Below are positions 37,090 to 50,140 of a stretch of 64,000 bases of DNA, piece by piece. The DNA lies in the NCBI RefSeq assembly GCF_964188315.1, contig NC_135659.1, positions 37,944,001-38,008,000 on the forward strand, in the 5' to 3' direction. Every line of letters starts with the position of its first letter. The first letter of the stretch is position 1. This DNA is from Podarcis muralis. Its lineage: Eukaryota. The notes beneath the pieces were generated by a model that saw nothing but the letters and a program-made list of their open reading frames with translations, was not told the DNA's origin and made no database searches. The position numbers were made by a program, and so were the translations under genes.

Positions 37090-37270
37090 TGATAGTGGAT
37101 TGTGTTGGGCTGGGTGGCTAATGATCTAAGTTTAAATCTTTATTCAGCCATGAAGGCCATTGAATGACTTTGGGTCAGTTTCTCAGCCTAACCTTCAACC
37201 CAGCTAGGCTACAAGAATGAAGGAACACAAAAAGTATTGTTCAGTGAGCTGAGCTCCTTAGAGGGAGGAC
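37090..37270 (+). mobile_element. Old Squam3/MIR-like SINE
   Basis: Degenerate tRNA head, then TGACTTTGGGTCAGT..CTCAGCCTAACC and a GAGCTCCTTAGAGGGAGG tail. Confidence 0.55.
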
Positions 37271-37288
37271 AGACTAGCCATTGGAGAA

Positions 37289-37477
37289 CTTAGGAAGAAT
37301 CTGCTTTACAGTGAATCAGACCATTGGTCCATCTATCTCAGTATTGTCTATATGGACAGCAGCTTTCTAGGATTTCAGAAAAGGGTCCCTCTTAGCCCTA
37401 CTTGGAGACGTCAGGGGTTGAAGCTGAGACCTTCCAAAGGCAAAACAGATGCTCTTTCACTGACCTGTGGCCTTTCC
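37289..37477 (-). mobile_element. tRNA-derived SINE with CR1-type tail
   Basis: TCAGACCATTGGTCCATCTATCTCAGTATTGTCTA...GGGGTTGAAGCTGAGACCTTC...AGATGCTCTTTCACTGA, with an antisense B-box-like motif. Confidence 0.8.
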
Positions 37478-38375
37478 TTGAAGATATACGTGCTTTATAA
37501 TGCATAAATACATATATCAATAAATCCAAATGCATATGATGCAGGAGTAGTATCAGCAGCAGCTGTAGAAGTAAACGTAGAATTTTATTGTGCAACCATA
37601 GTTTTCAACAACATGAAATTAAAATGGCTACACAAAGTAACTTGCATACATTTTGGTGAAATAAATGCAGTAAAAAAGAGAAAAAGATACAGGCTGCTTG
37701 TATCATGTACAATTGCTCTCACTTTCCCTCAATCCTTGGTATAAACCAGGCTATGAACTGAAATAAATGCACCCCATCACAGTACTGACATATCACTATC
37801 AAGCTGCAGTGAAATTTATTATATTCCAACATTTTGATCTAAGGAGAAGCACTCTCTTTTCCTTTTCTTTTGCCTACACTATCTTGATAACAGATAATTT
37901 CATATGTTAGAAATTCAACCATATGCAGTTTGGGTTACCCGTGATCTGAGAGAGTACGGGAGAGGAATTGGGAGTGTACGGGTCGCTGTTCATTTGCTTA
38001 GGGCATTCTACATAAGCAAAAGCAAATTTGAAATTGCCTGTTGCTTAGCATCAAAATTGCACTGAATAAACAAACAGGAGGCAAGTGCGGTGGGGGAATC
38101 AGTACAGTTTAAAATGTGCCATGTGTCACCTCACCAGGGAGTACTTTCAAGATGTTAGATTGTACTCAACAGGGGGCCAATATAGTGAATGGGTGGTGAT
38201 AAGCAGACTATTTAAGGTCTCCCCAAATGCTGTAACTAGCATATAACTTGGTGCTTTTGGGGGGGGGCAAGCAGGAGAGGCTGGGATTGCTAGAGTAGGT
38301 GGAGCCACAGCCAATGATAGGCAGAGCCAACTTATTGTAGTTTTGTCCCCATTCTCCTGCCAGTTGAGTTCTACA

Positions 38376-38572
38376 TAGGACTGTCATACGTCTTGGATTT
38401 CCCAGACATTAACGTGATTTCAAATGGGGATCTAAACGTCCTGGGGGAATTTCAGGAAGGGAGCAGTTTGTCCTGGATCTTCAACAAGTAAACCAAAAAA
38501 ATCACGGGGGGGTGTGTGTAAAAAAAAAAAGTTCAACAATTTGGGGGCTTCCTTTTTGAAATATGGCAACCT
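38376..38572. mobile_element. Old hAT-Tip100-like element
   Basis: Ends TAGGACTGTCATA / ATATGGCAACCT resemble TAGGGTTGCCATA termini. Confidence 0.5.
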
Positions 38573-38636
38573 CGTTCTACAAGGACAACTCTGAGACTGT
38601 AAACTGACACTGTCTTGGGCAGTTGTAAGTAAGAAG

Positions 38637-38826
38637 CAGGCCTGGCCCACCCATGAGGCAATATGAGGCAGCCGCCTCAGGCAGCAGGATTCAAGGAGCA
38701 GCAGGTCCCAATGTAAATCTTTATTCCTTCCGTTTTCCTGATGCAGATCTTCACTCACCCCTGGCAGGGAGGGAGGCACCATTTTGTGGTTCACTAGAGG
38801 TGCTAAAATGCATTGGGCCAGCCCTG
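38637..38826. mobile_element. hAT MITE
   Basis: TIR CAGGCCTGGCCC / GGGCCAGCCCTG (1 mismatch), TSD GTAAGAAG / GTAGGAAG (7/8). Confidence 0.85.
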
Positions 38827-39750
38827 GTAGGAAGGGAGATAGGCATGAAGAAGCTGGGAGAAGACTGAGGTTGGTAAGCAGTGCCCCATTTGCCCTAACA
38901 GAACCATCTCCAGTGGTGGCAAGTATTATTCTTTGATGCTCTGCTAAAGCTCTTCTCTCTCTTTTCTGTTTACACATCAGAACCAGAAATAAGTTTTTAT
39001 AAACCACGATGGATTTCTGTACTTCTGAAAATGAGTTATGTCGTTTCATTTTCTGATAACCACAGATAATTAGCAGTGCACTAAAAGAGCACCCCAGACT
39101 TTAGCAGAGTCTCATTGTTCTACTATGGAAGTTATATCACTAATGTGTGCTGTGTGGGTTTTTTTATTATTATTTTAGCTAACTACAGTATCTCTGCTTT
39201 CCTTGTTGCGTATACTTTAAATGGCCACCAATCAGTCAAATGCTGAAAGCAGAGCCAGCCAATTCCAGCTGACTAGAGGGAAAACCGGCTTCTTGTATGC
39301 CCGCTTTTAACAGTAGCTTAATTGGTGTTTAATTATATGTGTTGATGTATGTTTCAGGGAATACAAGATACCCACTGAAGTTTATTTATTGACACCATAT
39401 GGCAAGCCTATAAATCATGGCTCTTTGGAATGTTGAGAATTCATCCCCAAGTGTAGGATTGGTTGAATAGTGTATAGGCATGTGTGAAATATGAAGAAGT
39501 GGTACCTTGAGTTTGGAATAGGATCTTTTCAAAATTCAGCAGAGAGAAAAGTGGAAAATATGGGCATCTGGAGTTGTCTTTCGTGGCTTGGTTGGTCAAG
39601 CTTCTAGACTCCAGTTCACAACCTGTTAAAATGAATACTTAATCTTTGGATTACTTGTGATCATGTTTGGATGTAGTTTCCACACAGACTCTCAAAAATC
39701 AGGATTCAGTTCACACAAACAGTGCTTGGGGTTACTAGGTGTCCTGCAAA

Positions 39751-39940
39751 CAGTGCTTTTTTTCTAGAAAAGTAGGTGCCAGTACTCACCATGAAGTTGT
39801 TACAGTAAGTGTCACACTTTTTAACTAAAAAAGAGAGGTGCTGGTACTCACCATGAAGTAAGTGCCACACTTTTTTAACAACAACAAAAGAGGTGCCAGT
39901 ACTGCGTATCCTTGATTAACCCCTGGGGGGGGGAGCACTG
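39751..39940. mobile_element. hAT MITE with internal tandem duplication
   Basis: Ends CAGTGCT / AGCACTG, TSD CCTGCAAA / CCTGCAAG (7/8). The motif AGGTGC(C/T)(A/G)GTACT occurs three times. Confidence 0.85.
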
Positions 39941-40524
39941 CCTGCAAGCTCTGTCTTGGGTGTTTGAGCTGTGACTGCTTATTCACACATGATTTTACAG
40001 TCATGAAGTAAAATATGTACAAGCCAAAAAAAAGCTATACAAATGGTATCAGAGGTGGGTGGAGCTAGAAAAGCTGAATCTGAATTTCCATGGCTGGCTT
40101 GCTGTTCCAGGTCACATTATCATGAATAGACGGTTGTTGTTGTTGTTTTTCATATTTACAACTCAGGCCAAAGCATTTATTTTTCTTAAAGGACATTTCT
40201 TAAAGGGCATTTAGATCTGACTTCATTCATAGATAACTTTAATACATTTTTACATTCCAAGAGCTGATTTATTTTTTAAAAATCCATAAAACTCACAAAG
40301 ACAGAAATGGTAATGGGTAGGAATGGTAATACAAATCTTTCCCAACCAACACTCAGATCTTGGACTTTCAAATTACTTGATCTTGATACTCCTATGCAGA
40401 AGCAATCTACCACTGATCTGTTTTTAACTTTCACTGCCTACTAAAGTGTTGAAGGAAGCTACTAGGGACTATCAGGTGGATTTCCTTCTGTTCAATGCCC
40501 ATCATGGCATGGACTCGCACTATA

Positions 40525-40604
40525 ATGTATTTTTCTTAATGTATTTTTAATCTTTCATTGGAAGCTGCCCAGAGTGGCTAGGGAAACCCAGTCAGATGGG
40601 TGGG

Positions 40605-40656
<52 letters not shown>

Positions 40657-40660
40657 TTAT
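40525..40660 (+). mobile_element. L2 3' tail with (AAT)n microsatellite (40607-40655)
   Basis: GGAAGCTGCCCAGAGTGGCTAGGGAAACCCAGTCAGATGGG followed by (AAT)n. Confidence 0.85.
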
Positions 40661-41099
40661 TATCTCTTTTCACCTTAATTCTATACAATGAAACTGTTCA
40701 TTAAAAATGCATACATTATGCGTAAATAGATTTATAGATTTACATACCAGAACTATGGTGGGGTGTGTTACCAAATTTGGAATCAGTAGGCATTCCCTTC
40801 TCCCTCTCCCTAGTACCTTTGTAGTTGGTATATCATCCTGTACTGAGGATTGTAGAAAAAGGGTCCACTTAGGACCCTGCATTGACAGGAGAGATTGCAT
40901 GGCAGGACTACCACCACTTATTGCTTCAGGTGAAGGACAAGACTTAGCATCCAGCAGTTCCTCAGCTGCCCCTCAAATGCCCCAGGGATTTTACTGCTGA
41001 TGGAGATTTCTGCAGGTGTACTTCTTTCTAACAGGTGTAGAAGTATGTCTTGAGATTGAGACGTCTGTGCTGCGTTGCCAAAACACACACATCCTCCTC

Positions 41100-41705
41100 C
41101 CTAGCTGTCTACTTACAGATTTGAAAATAAGGGACCGGCAGCCTTGAAAATAAGGGACCAGCAGCCAAAATAAGGGACCAGCAGCCTCACCTGTTCCAGG
41201 CCCTCCAGTCTTCCTGTCCTCCTGCAGTCTGGTCAAACTCATGCTGGTAGCTTCGAGAACACTGTCCAACCAACTTTGTAACCAGAGGTTGAACTGAATA
41301 GAATCTGAATCACATGCACCACAAGGCCTATGCAGCCTCAACTTAAGATGGCTCCCCGGCCTGGCTTTGCACTGCAAAGTTTGCAGCAGCACGTGTAACA
41401 AAATGGCGTCCAGCATTCAAAAGCCCCCTCAGCTTGCATTAACTAGCCACACACAAGGCATGCAAGCTCCATCCCCCAGTCGTTCTTAGACTTCTTATTG
41501 GGTGAGCAACACAGCCAAGCAACACAGTTGGAGCTTCCCTCCTCCCTGGCCGGCAGGGAGGGAGGGAGAGGAGCTGCTTCCTTTGAAATATAAGGGACAT
41601 CATTTAAGGGACATTTAAGGGACATCCATCAATAAGGGACAGCAGCGGGACATGGTGCTGGAATAAGGGACTGTCCCTTCAAATAAGGGACACTTGACAG
41701 CTATG
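41100..41705. mobile_element. Non-autonomous hAT (Tip100-like) element
   Basis: Ends CCTAGCTGTC / GACAGCTATG, perfect TSD TCCTCCTC (41092-41099, 41706-41713), clusters of TAAGGGAC near both ends. Confidence 0.9.
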
Positions 41706-41799
41706 TCCTCCTCACCTTTGTATCTCTTTTCTCCCAATCATTCCTAACTCATATCATGCTATATGGTCAGTCTTCCACCAGGCCAGTGCCTCCTTTTTA

Positions 41800-42190
41800 C
41801 CTGGTTTCTCCCTTTTGTCATGAGTTCATGCTTCTTCAAAGTCCATGATGTCTTGGGTAGAGGCTATTCTCTAATTGAAGTGCTCATAGGCCAGTGTTTC
41901 CCAGTTGTTGGTGTTTACACTATTTTATTTTTTTAAAGATTTGCCCTGAGAGTGTCTTTAAACCTCTTTTGTTGTCCACTGGCATTACGTTTTCCATTCT
42001 TAAGTTGGGAATAGAGTAGTTGCTTTGGAATATGATAATCAGGCACTCAAACAACATGACCAGTCCAGCAAAGTTGATGCTGAAGAATCATTGCTTCAAC
42101 ACTGGTGATCTTTGCTTCTTCCAGTACACTGGCATTAGTTCGCCTGCCTTCCCAAGTGATATGTAAAATGTCCTGAGGAGCATCTGGCAG
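41800..42190 (-). mobile_element. RTE-clade (BovB/RTE-1-like) LINE ORF fragment
   Basis: Antisense translation ITWEGRRTNASVLEEAKITSVEAMILQHQLCWTGHVV*VPDYHIPKQLLYSQLKNGKRNASGQQKRFKDTL matches the RTE C-terminus, with one in-frame stop. Confidence 0.88.
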
Positions 42191-42749
42191 AGTAAATGCT
42201 GTTCTCCCACTGAACCATCAACAATATCTTCTCCAAGCCAGTCTTTGGCTAGCCTTAGGATCACACCCCATATTGTTAATCTGCCCTTGATCAGACATCA
42301 TAATTAATAACATTGTTCAACCCACACTTCTTTCATAAAATTTATGTACTGCTTGATTGCAGAACAACCCCTTGGTTTCTTTTGGTAAATAATAAATCTA
42401 TCAATTTATCAATAATTTTTTTTAAAAAAACACACACAATTTAAGCCTTTTGAAAAATTAAAATAATAGACACAAACATAAAAACTTGCACCAATTTTCT
42501 AAACTTGCACCATCACACTTGGCATGTCACAAAGTTGCAGAGCCAATTTCATTTCATTTATTTGTTATTGCATACATTTCCAACCCACCTCCCCCTTAAG
42601 TGCATATATGCAACCAATATACAAACCTCACATACAACAGTTATCAACAACAAATGAAAACAGTAATCAAATTGCAACCACAGAACAGCAGGGGGAGAAA
42701 TGCCTTCCGACATCACTTCCCAAAAGCCTGAGCGAAGACTTGTGCCTTT

Positions 42750-42900
42750 ACTAATCTCTGAACATTATACAATGGTTGGAAGAGATATCACAGTGGTATT
42801 CCACAGCCTGGAGGCCACCACTGAGAAGGCCTTCCTGTGTGCTGCCAGCCCACCCATTGGCAGCGCTGCTAACAGGATCTCACCTGCTAAGTACAGAATG
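42750..42900 (-). mobile_element. Old L2 fragment
   Basis: GGTATTCCACAGCCTGGAGGCCACCACTGAGAAGGCC resembles antisense L2 3' sequence. Confidence 0.7.
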
Positions 42901-44055
42901 ACATATTTTGTAACACATAAAAAAAGAACCTGGAGGAAAGGAGAAGTATTGCTCGTATCAAGGTACATGAGTTCTCCATCCATTTTAAGGAGGAAACTCA
43001 TATCGTTCTCATCATGCTGGGGTCCCCCCCCTCATTGTACACATTCTTCCTTTTAAAAAACCAGCTTCATGTGTTCCTGCTTTGAGATTAGTTTCATCAG
43101 AACTCTATGTAATTTTGTTACCCTGGGAAGTGGCTGACTTTTAACAGACCATTGAGAGTGTTCATTCCCTTAGAAACAAAATGGGCTTATTTGCTCCTGG
43201 GTTCCCTTAGAGTTATGGAATGAGGGGAAGATAAAATATCTTGTCTCCAGAGTTGTCAAAAGGGTAATTGTGAAGAGAATAGAAAATAAGAATGGCATCA
43301 GCTGCTATGAGAGCTCCAGAGGTAGCATTTCCTCTTTCTCGCAAGCACCCTGAGCTTTTCCATTATTCCCTTAGTATCAAGTTCATATTTAGATGGGAAA
43401 GATTAAAGACTTTCTTTAATTAAACATGTGTTTGTACCTTGCTTGCCCTTTATTAGGTGAAAATATGTACAGTCCTGTGGCATTTTTTAATCATTCATGG
43501 CCTAGAATTAAACCACATCACAACTGTGAATGTTCAACTAACCTCTCCACTGCAAATATAACTGAACCAGTCGTGCAACAATATATTTTATTTTCGTGTT
43601 CACCTGTCAGATTCACATGCCATGCCACCCTTTAATTGAAGTTTTCTGGGCAATTTGCGATCAGAATGAAACAAACATATAATAAGAAAGAGGGAAATTA
43701 TAGCAGTTTGTAACTAAAACTAAAACCAGTACTCAACATTAATGTTTCTGTAAAAATAAAATTTTGATTTCATAAAAAAAAAAATCCCCACAGATTAAGG
43801 AATTATCCAAGGAAAGAGGGTTCTATAGTTCAGGAGTGAATATTCAAACATGTGTCATGGATTAAACAATGAGGAAGTTACTCTCAATTTAACAATTTGT
43901 ACAGGAACACAAGAACAAAAACAGTCTTGAACATAGGTAGGGGGACTGATAATGCAAACCTAACCTATCCGTATCTACTCTGCACTCAATCTATTGAATT
44001 CAGTAGGACTTCCAAATAAGTTATGTTGTGTCACTGTTTATTCCTTATGTTGTAA

Positions 44056-44434
44056 GGGAGTGGGTGGTGCTGTGGTCTAAACCACTGAGCCTCTTGGGTT
44101 TGCCAATTGGAAGGTCAGCGGTTCAAATCTGCGTGACGGGGTGAGCTTCCGTTGCTCTGTCCCAGCATCTGCTAACCTAACAGTTAAAAGCACACCAGTG
44201 CAAGTAGATAAATAGGTACTGCTGCAGCGGGAAGGTAAATGGCAATTTCATGTGCTCTGGTTTCCGTCACAGTCCTCTGTGCACCAGTAGTGGTTTAGTC
44301 ATGATAGCCACATGACCCGGAAAGTTGTCTGTGGACAAACACTGGCTCCCTCATCCTGAAAAGTGAGTTGAGCACTGCACCCCACAGTCGCCTTTGACTG
44401 ACCTTAACTGTCCAGGGGTCCTTTACCTTTACCT
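44056..44434 (+). mobile_element. Sauria SINE (Squam1), full length
   Basis: GGG..GGGTGGTGCTGTGGTCTAAACCACTGAGCC head, B box GGTTCAAATC (~44120), AGATAAATAGGTAC core and (ACCTTT)n tail. Confidence 0.95.
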
Positions 44435-45949
44435 CATTCATTACTGTTTGTTTATTATTATTTATTAAATTTGTTAGTAACTTTGGGCTCATCCATTTGT
44501 CTGAAATTTTGCAGGTTTATTGCCCAGGAACATGCCTCTCACATCTACAATTTTCATACTAATTGCCCACAAAACAAGTAAATTACATTTTCATTTTCAT
44601 CCACCCTTAAATTGTAACATCTGTCCTTGCAAGAAAACCACTGCACCCAGCCTTCTGGAATTTGATTAGATGCATGCCTTCAGAAATATCAATTTTGCCT
44701 GCAATTTTCATCCTATTCTGGCTAATTTTTTAAAGAAATACTTTTGTGAGGAAAATCACATTTTAGAAGTGTTCAACACAAAAACCACTGAACCTTTTCC
44801 CCTGTAGTTTAGCAGACTTTATAGTCTCTGCAGAAACTACTACACCTGCAAATTTTATCCATTTCTGTCAAAAGTGGGGTGTTATAGCCATTTCCCCCAG
44901 TTTTCAACATGAGTGGAGTAAATAAACCAGCACAGACCACCTGGGCTGTACTGGGCAATCTCTAAGTTAGTCTAAGCCAAATACTGTAGGTCTGTTTTTC
45001 AGAGTGCCAAAATTGGGTATGAATCAAATCTAATTCAAGATAATGTGGGTTAAAGCTAGAACCTGTGTCTAATCTAGTTCCAACAGTGGAGCATTGCAAA
45101 CTGGTGACCATCCCCACCCCCAGCAGGAATGGAGCCACTAGATTTTGCACTATCTTAAGTTTCCTGTCAGTCTTCTCAGACAGCTCCACAAGAGAATGAA
45201 GCACAGGTCTTGTCATTCACCTGCCTTGGATGTCTCCATAGACCATTTGGACTGAAAGGTTGAACTGTAGTACATGACATAAAATGGTGCACAAATAGAA
45301 ACCAAATTACTGTGCTAAGTTACATCTGACACCATTCATCTCAGGAGATTCCAAGAGATTTCAACAAAACATTATGTGTGGGGAGGGGGAGGGGTTGGAA
45401 ATCATTTTACAGAGTAAAATTAACAGTTCACCTTTCAAGTCAGCTTTTGAAAAGTCTGCCCAGATGTAATTGAAATGCTAATCCACAAAATTTAAATATC
45501 ACACAGAAGCAGGAACTAAACCATTAAATTTAGAAAGAAAGATCACTTATTTTGTTTTAACCTTTATAATGAAAATTATTTTCTTATTTAAGGAAATCAA
45601 AGACCTCTTACTATTTTTCTTGTTTTTTAAAAAGAAGTAATGAGCAGTAAACTCGGCAATTACATATATTACCAAATGTCATTTGTTAAACAATTGCATC
45701 CTGTGAAGAAGAAGAAGAGAAGAATGAAACTTTGGTCCGATTTCATACTTCATGATTTCTCATTCTCCGCTGAGACGCTTGAATGATTTTTTTTTTATTT
45801 TTTTGCGCAGCATTGCACCTAAAGGTAAAACTCCACCATGCCTAAGTTATATGCTTAATTGAAGAGCCTTTAAAGCTATTTTGTGTGCTAATTCAAGCAG
45901 CATTGATTTCCGCCCCCCTGTTTAAAACTTTCATCGAGTCTTCACTGAA

Positions 45950-46100
45950 CCTAATAAGAGCCTTGCTAGATCAAGCCCAGGGCCGATCAGTTTTAGCACC
46001 CTGGTGTCAGAGTAGCCAGCCAGATGCCTATGAGAAGCCTGTAAGGAGGAACGGACCAGAGCAGCACCCTTCCTACTTGTGATTCTACTGAGTGTGACTT
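45950..46100 (-). mobile_element. CR1-type 3' end, old
   Basis: TAAGAGCCTTGCTAGATCAAGCC...GCCAGATGCCTATGAGAAGCC. Confidence 0.7.
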
Positions 46101-46274
46101 TGTTGGATACTGCATTCTGTTTTAAAGTCTAGTAAACAATGCTATATACAGTACACCAGTGATATTGACTCCGGGAGCTAGATTACTGCAATGCATTATA
46201 AGAAAGGCTATCTCTGAAGACGGTTCAGAAACTTCAGTTGGTGCAGAATTCAGCAGACAGGTTGTTCACTGAAG

Positions 46275-46650
46275 AAAGATAGTTTGAGCATACTACACCA
46301 ATCCTGGTCTGACTACACTGGCTGCCAGTTAGTTTCCCAATTCAACATGCCGGTTTTGACCTATAAAGCCTTAAATGGCTTAGGACCACAATACTGCAAG
46401 GACCAACATTCCCTACTTGAATTGACACAGACCCTGAGATTGTCTGTGTCTGAGGCCTTTCGTCATGTGCCCCCTCCAAGAGAGTGGGTGGCAACATGAG
46501 AACTAGCTTTTTCTGCAGTGGCTCCCTGTTTGTGGAATGCTGTCCCCAGGGAGGCTTGTCAGGTGCCATCATTATATATGTTTTGGTGCCAGGCAAAAAC
46601 TTTCCTCTGCAACCAGGTATTTGGCTTTTAACTATCTATGACCATTTAGA
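46275..46650 (+). mobile_element. L2 LINE ORF2 3' fragment
   Basis: CACTGGCTGCCAGTT and VLTYKALNGLGPQY motif (ORF 46284), then AVAP.LWN-like sequence. Confidence 0.88.
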
Positions 46651-46676
46651 AATGGGTCAGATATTTTTGTCTGCTA

Positions 46677-46709
46677 GGTTGGTTGGTTGGTTGGTTGGTT
46701 GGTTGGTTG
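46677..46709. repeat. (GGTT)n microsatellite
   Basis: Direct reading. Confidence 0.97.
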
Positions 46710-49225
46710 TAAGACTCTTTGGGTTGCCTTGGGCAAGATAAAATGACTAACAATTTTAATAGTAGTAGTAGTAGTAGTTTCACTTTGCCCCATCTTTAAA
46801 AGCATGGCAGAGTGTGTGAGCCAGCCCACTGGGAAAACACAGACATTTCCCTGCAGTTTTAAACTCCCTGCCCTGACCTTGGACTCCTTAAATGTAGACC
46901 ATAGCTCCTCAATGTTGGCACCCCTTTTCTTGTCATCTAGCCTGACCACAGCAGCTTCTGGGACTCATTATGTGTTGCTGAGCTTGAATTTCTTTTCTCC
47001 CTCAATAAAGATTTCTTCCATATTCTTAAGAAAGAGCCTGCATCATCATAGGCTGGGCAGATCCTAGGACATTATGTCAACCCGGATTAAAACTCTTAGT
47101 ATGTAATGCTCCTGCCACAATGCTTCTTCTCTGGATGCAAAACTTGCTGAAGCATATTCCAGATTTTCCTAATCAGAGCATTAATATGTCGTTCTAGCAC
47201 TCTAAGCATTTCAGAAGACCACAGAACTCAATTCAAGCATAGAAACAAAATTGTCCCAGTCCCTTCTTTTGAAAGCTCCCATCTCCTAATGCCTGTTATG
47301 TCAACAAGTCATTTAAAAAAGATTTTCATTAGAAAATAGTCTGGTGCATATTTATTTCTTACGATCTGTGACCTGCCATGGCCATGCATTTATTATGTTC
47401 TCCCTATGTATGTGACACAATGCGGCCTACTTGCCCTTGCACCATAAATCCATGACCAGCCCTATTTCAGATGAGCCGATTAATTTGTAATTATTTGTGA
47501 GCTCTTTGTCTGATGATTTACAGAGCTTCTCTTTATGGGAAATCATTTCTTCACTGTAAACAGTTCCAAGGTTCAGCATTTGGGGACCACCTTTTACCAT
47601 AGCAACAGCAACAGGTTTGCTACTGGAGAAGTGCATGTTAGAAGGTCGTAGTCTCTCCTTGCTTGACAATTTAAAAATGAAGGGACTAAGAGTGGACATT
47701 TATTATTTAAATTGAAAAGGAAGAAAAGAGTGAGAGGAAGAAAGCCAAGTCAAGCTGTAGAAAAGGCTAAAGGTGCAGGAAGGTAAGCTTTCTGAGAATT
47801 ATGAATTAATAATTCAATTTCTGCAAATTACATAGGGCTACCTGACAATTTGCCGGACACTACAAGATGACCTGTTTCATGGGAATAAAGCTGCTTCAGA
47901 GAAGCAGGGCACATTCACAATAACTCATTAAAGCCTTTTGATCTTTCCCCATAAATTCAAAGAATGGACAGAAGCTGTTTTCAGCACTGTTCACAATACC
48001 ATGTGACATAGCTAGAAGGTGGAGAAAGGAGGGATCAGCCACCAAGCTGTTGAGGGTGAACCGACTTTGCTCCTGCTACTCATGCTGAGAAGGTGCGCCC
48101 TGCTGCTACTCATCCCTGAAGACGCAGTCTTCCATTTTCTCCTGAGGCAGACATATGCAAACAGCAGTCTCAGTTTCGCCTTGCATGAGTTCATGGTTTA
48201 GGATCCTAGACAATATAGAGTGTGTCATTATGTATTGCGCCCAAACAGTGCTGCTTGAGTTCAATCAGTGGAATTTGGGACTCCTCTTTTGAATCAATAC
48301 TGCAATGCAACACTTTTCATCAAGATGCTAGATTTGGCTGAGCCCTGAAATAAGTTTTGTGTAGTTCCAGGATTCGTAGAAATGCGAATACAGCATGCAC
48401 TTGTATTTGTGACCTTTGTCTCTTAAAATCTACTACATTGGATCTTCACACTGAACTTTTTGTGATTTCATTTTAGCATTCTATTGTTCAGTAACTCCAG
48501 TAATTTCTGTGTGTTCTGATGATTTGGAAATCCCAAGCTTTCTACTGTTCGGCAGAAAAGACTGAAGACATTATAATATAACAAAAAGCTAAACTATTCT
48601 TTTGCGGTAAAGGAAAAGTTAAAGGAGGAAAAAAATAGCAACTATTACTTTTGCCTGGGGGCCAAGAGGGGTACTTTGATTTTCACTTAGGGAAGTGTTT
48701 CCTAGTCTCTCAGACAGCAATCTTAGCTATGAAGTGCAAGCATAAATCATGATAGCATATACCTGCCAGGTATTCTGAGTTTATTCTGTCACACAGGGGA
48801 CTATTTATCCATTGGACAAGCAAGTCTCTATCATGGTTTTCCAACTATGTTCTTTTCACAGTACACTTGGGACAGTTTTTGAGGTCTGTAATATATTTTG
48901 GCTTCAGTCTTACTAATGGACATATGGTTCATGACCCCACCCACAGATGGAGAAGTTGGTCGAGGAAAACCACAGAATAGCTACATATCTTCACACAGAA
49001 ACAGGGATATGTCTGAAGTTCTGCTTATACTCATGTCTCCCTGGATGGCCAACTGATATTCCCACAGTAGAAAAGATGCTTTAACAACCCACCATTTTTT
49101 AAAGCAACAACATTATTTTTAAATCATGTCTTCTGCATGCAGAATTTGCAGTAGGTTCTAATTCTCTTTATCTGTGCTCCTCACATCATTTTGACAATTC
49201 AGCACTTTTTTCAGTTAAGTTCACT

Positions 49226-50140
49226 TACTACTACTACTACTACAACTATTACTACTGCTAATAATAATAATAATTTAGCTTACAACATATCTAAAAACAT
49301 AATAAAAACATCAACCCTTAAAAACTTCCCTAAACAAGGCTTCCTTCAGATGTCTTCTAAAATCAGATAGTTGTTTATTTCCTTGACACCTGAAGGGAAG
49401 GTATTCTACAGGGAGGGCACCACTACTGAGAAGACCCTCTGCCTGATTCCCTGTAAGGTCACTTCTGGCAGTGAGGGAACCAGCAGAAGACCCTCGGAGG
49501 AGGACCTCAGTGTCCAGGCTGAGCGATGGGAGTGGAGACACACCTTCAGGTATACTGGGCCAAGGCCATTTACGGCTTTAACGGTCAGCACCAACACTTT
49601 GAATTGTGCTCGGAAACATACTGGGAGCCAGTGAAGATCCTTTAGGACTGGTGTTATATGGTCTCGGTGGCCACTCCCAGTTACCAGTCTAGCTGCCGCA
49701 TTCTGGATTAATTGTAGTCAAAGGTAGCCTCACGTAGAGCCCACTGCAGTAGTCGAAACAGGAGATAACCAGAGCATGCATCACTCTGGCAAGACAGTCT
49801 GCAGGCAGGTAGGGGCTCAGTCTGCATACCAGATGGAGCTCGTAAACAGCTGCCCTGGACACAGAATTGACCTGTGCCTTCATGGACATCTATGAGTCCA
49901 AAATGACTCCCAGGCTGCACACCTGGTCTTTCAGGGACACGATTATCCCATTCAGGACAAGGGAGTCCCCCACACCTACCCACCACCTGCCCCTAAGAAC
50001 AGTACTTCTGTCTTGTCAGGATTTAGCCTCAGTCTGTTAGCCACCATCCATCCACCAACCACCTCCAGACACCCACACAGGACCTTTACTGCCCTCACTG
50101 GTTCTGATTTGAAGGAGAGGTAGAGCTGAGTATCTTCTGC
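49226..50140 (-). mobile_element. L2 LINE, 5'-truncated and frameshifted
   Basis: ORF-track pieces AEDTQLYLSF...GWMVANRLRLNPDKTEVL (RT YADD region), HALVISCFDYC and VLTVKAVNGLGPVYL, plus a microsatellite tail at 49226-49275. Confidence 0.95.

Noticed and set aside
38432-39049. 205-aa minus-strand ORF
   Set aside because: It runs across two MITEs and has no domain motif, so it is a chance ORF.
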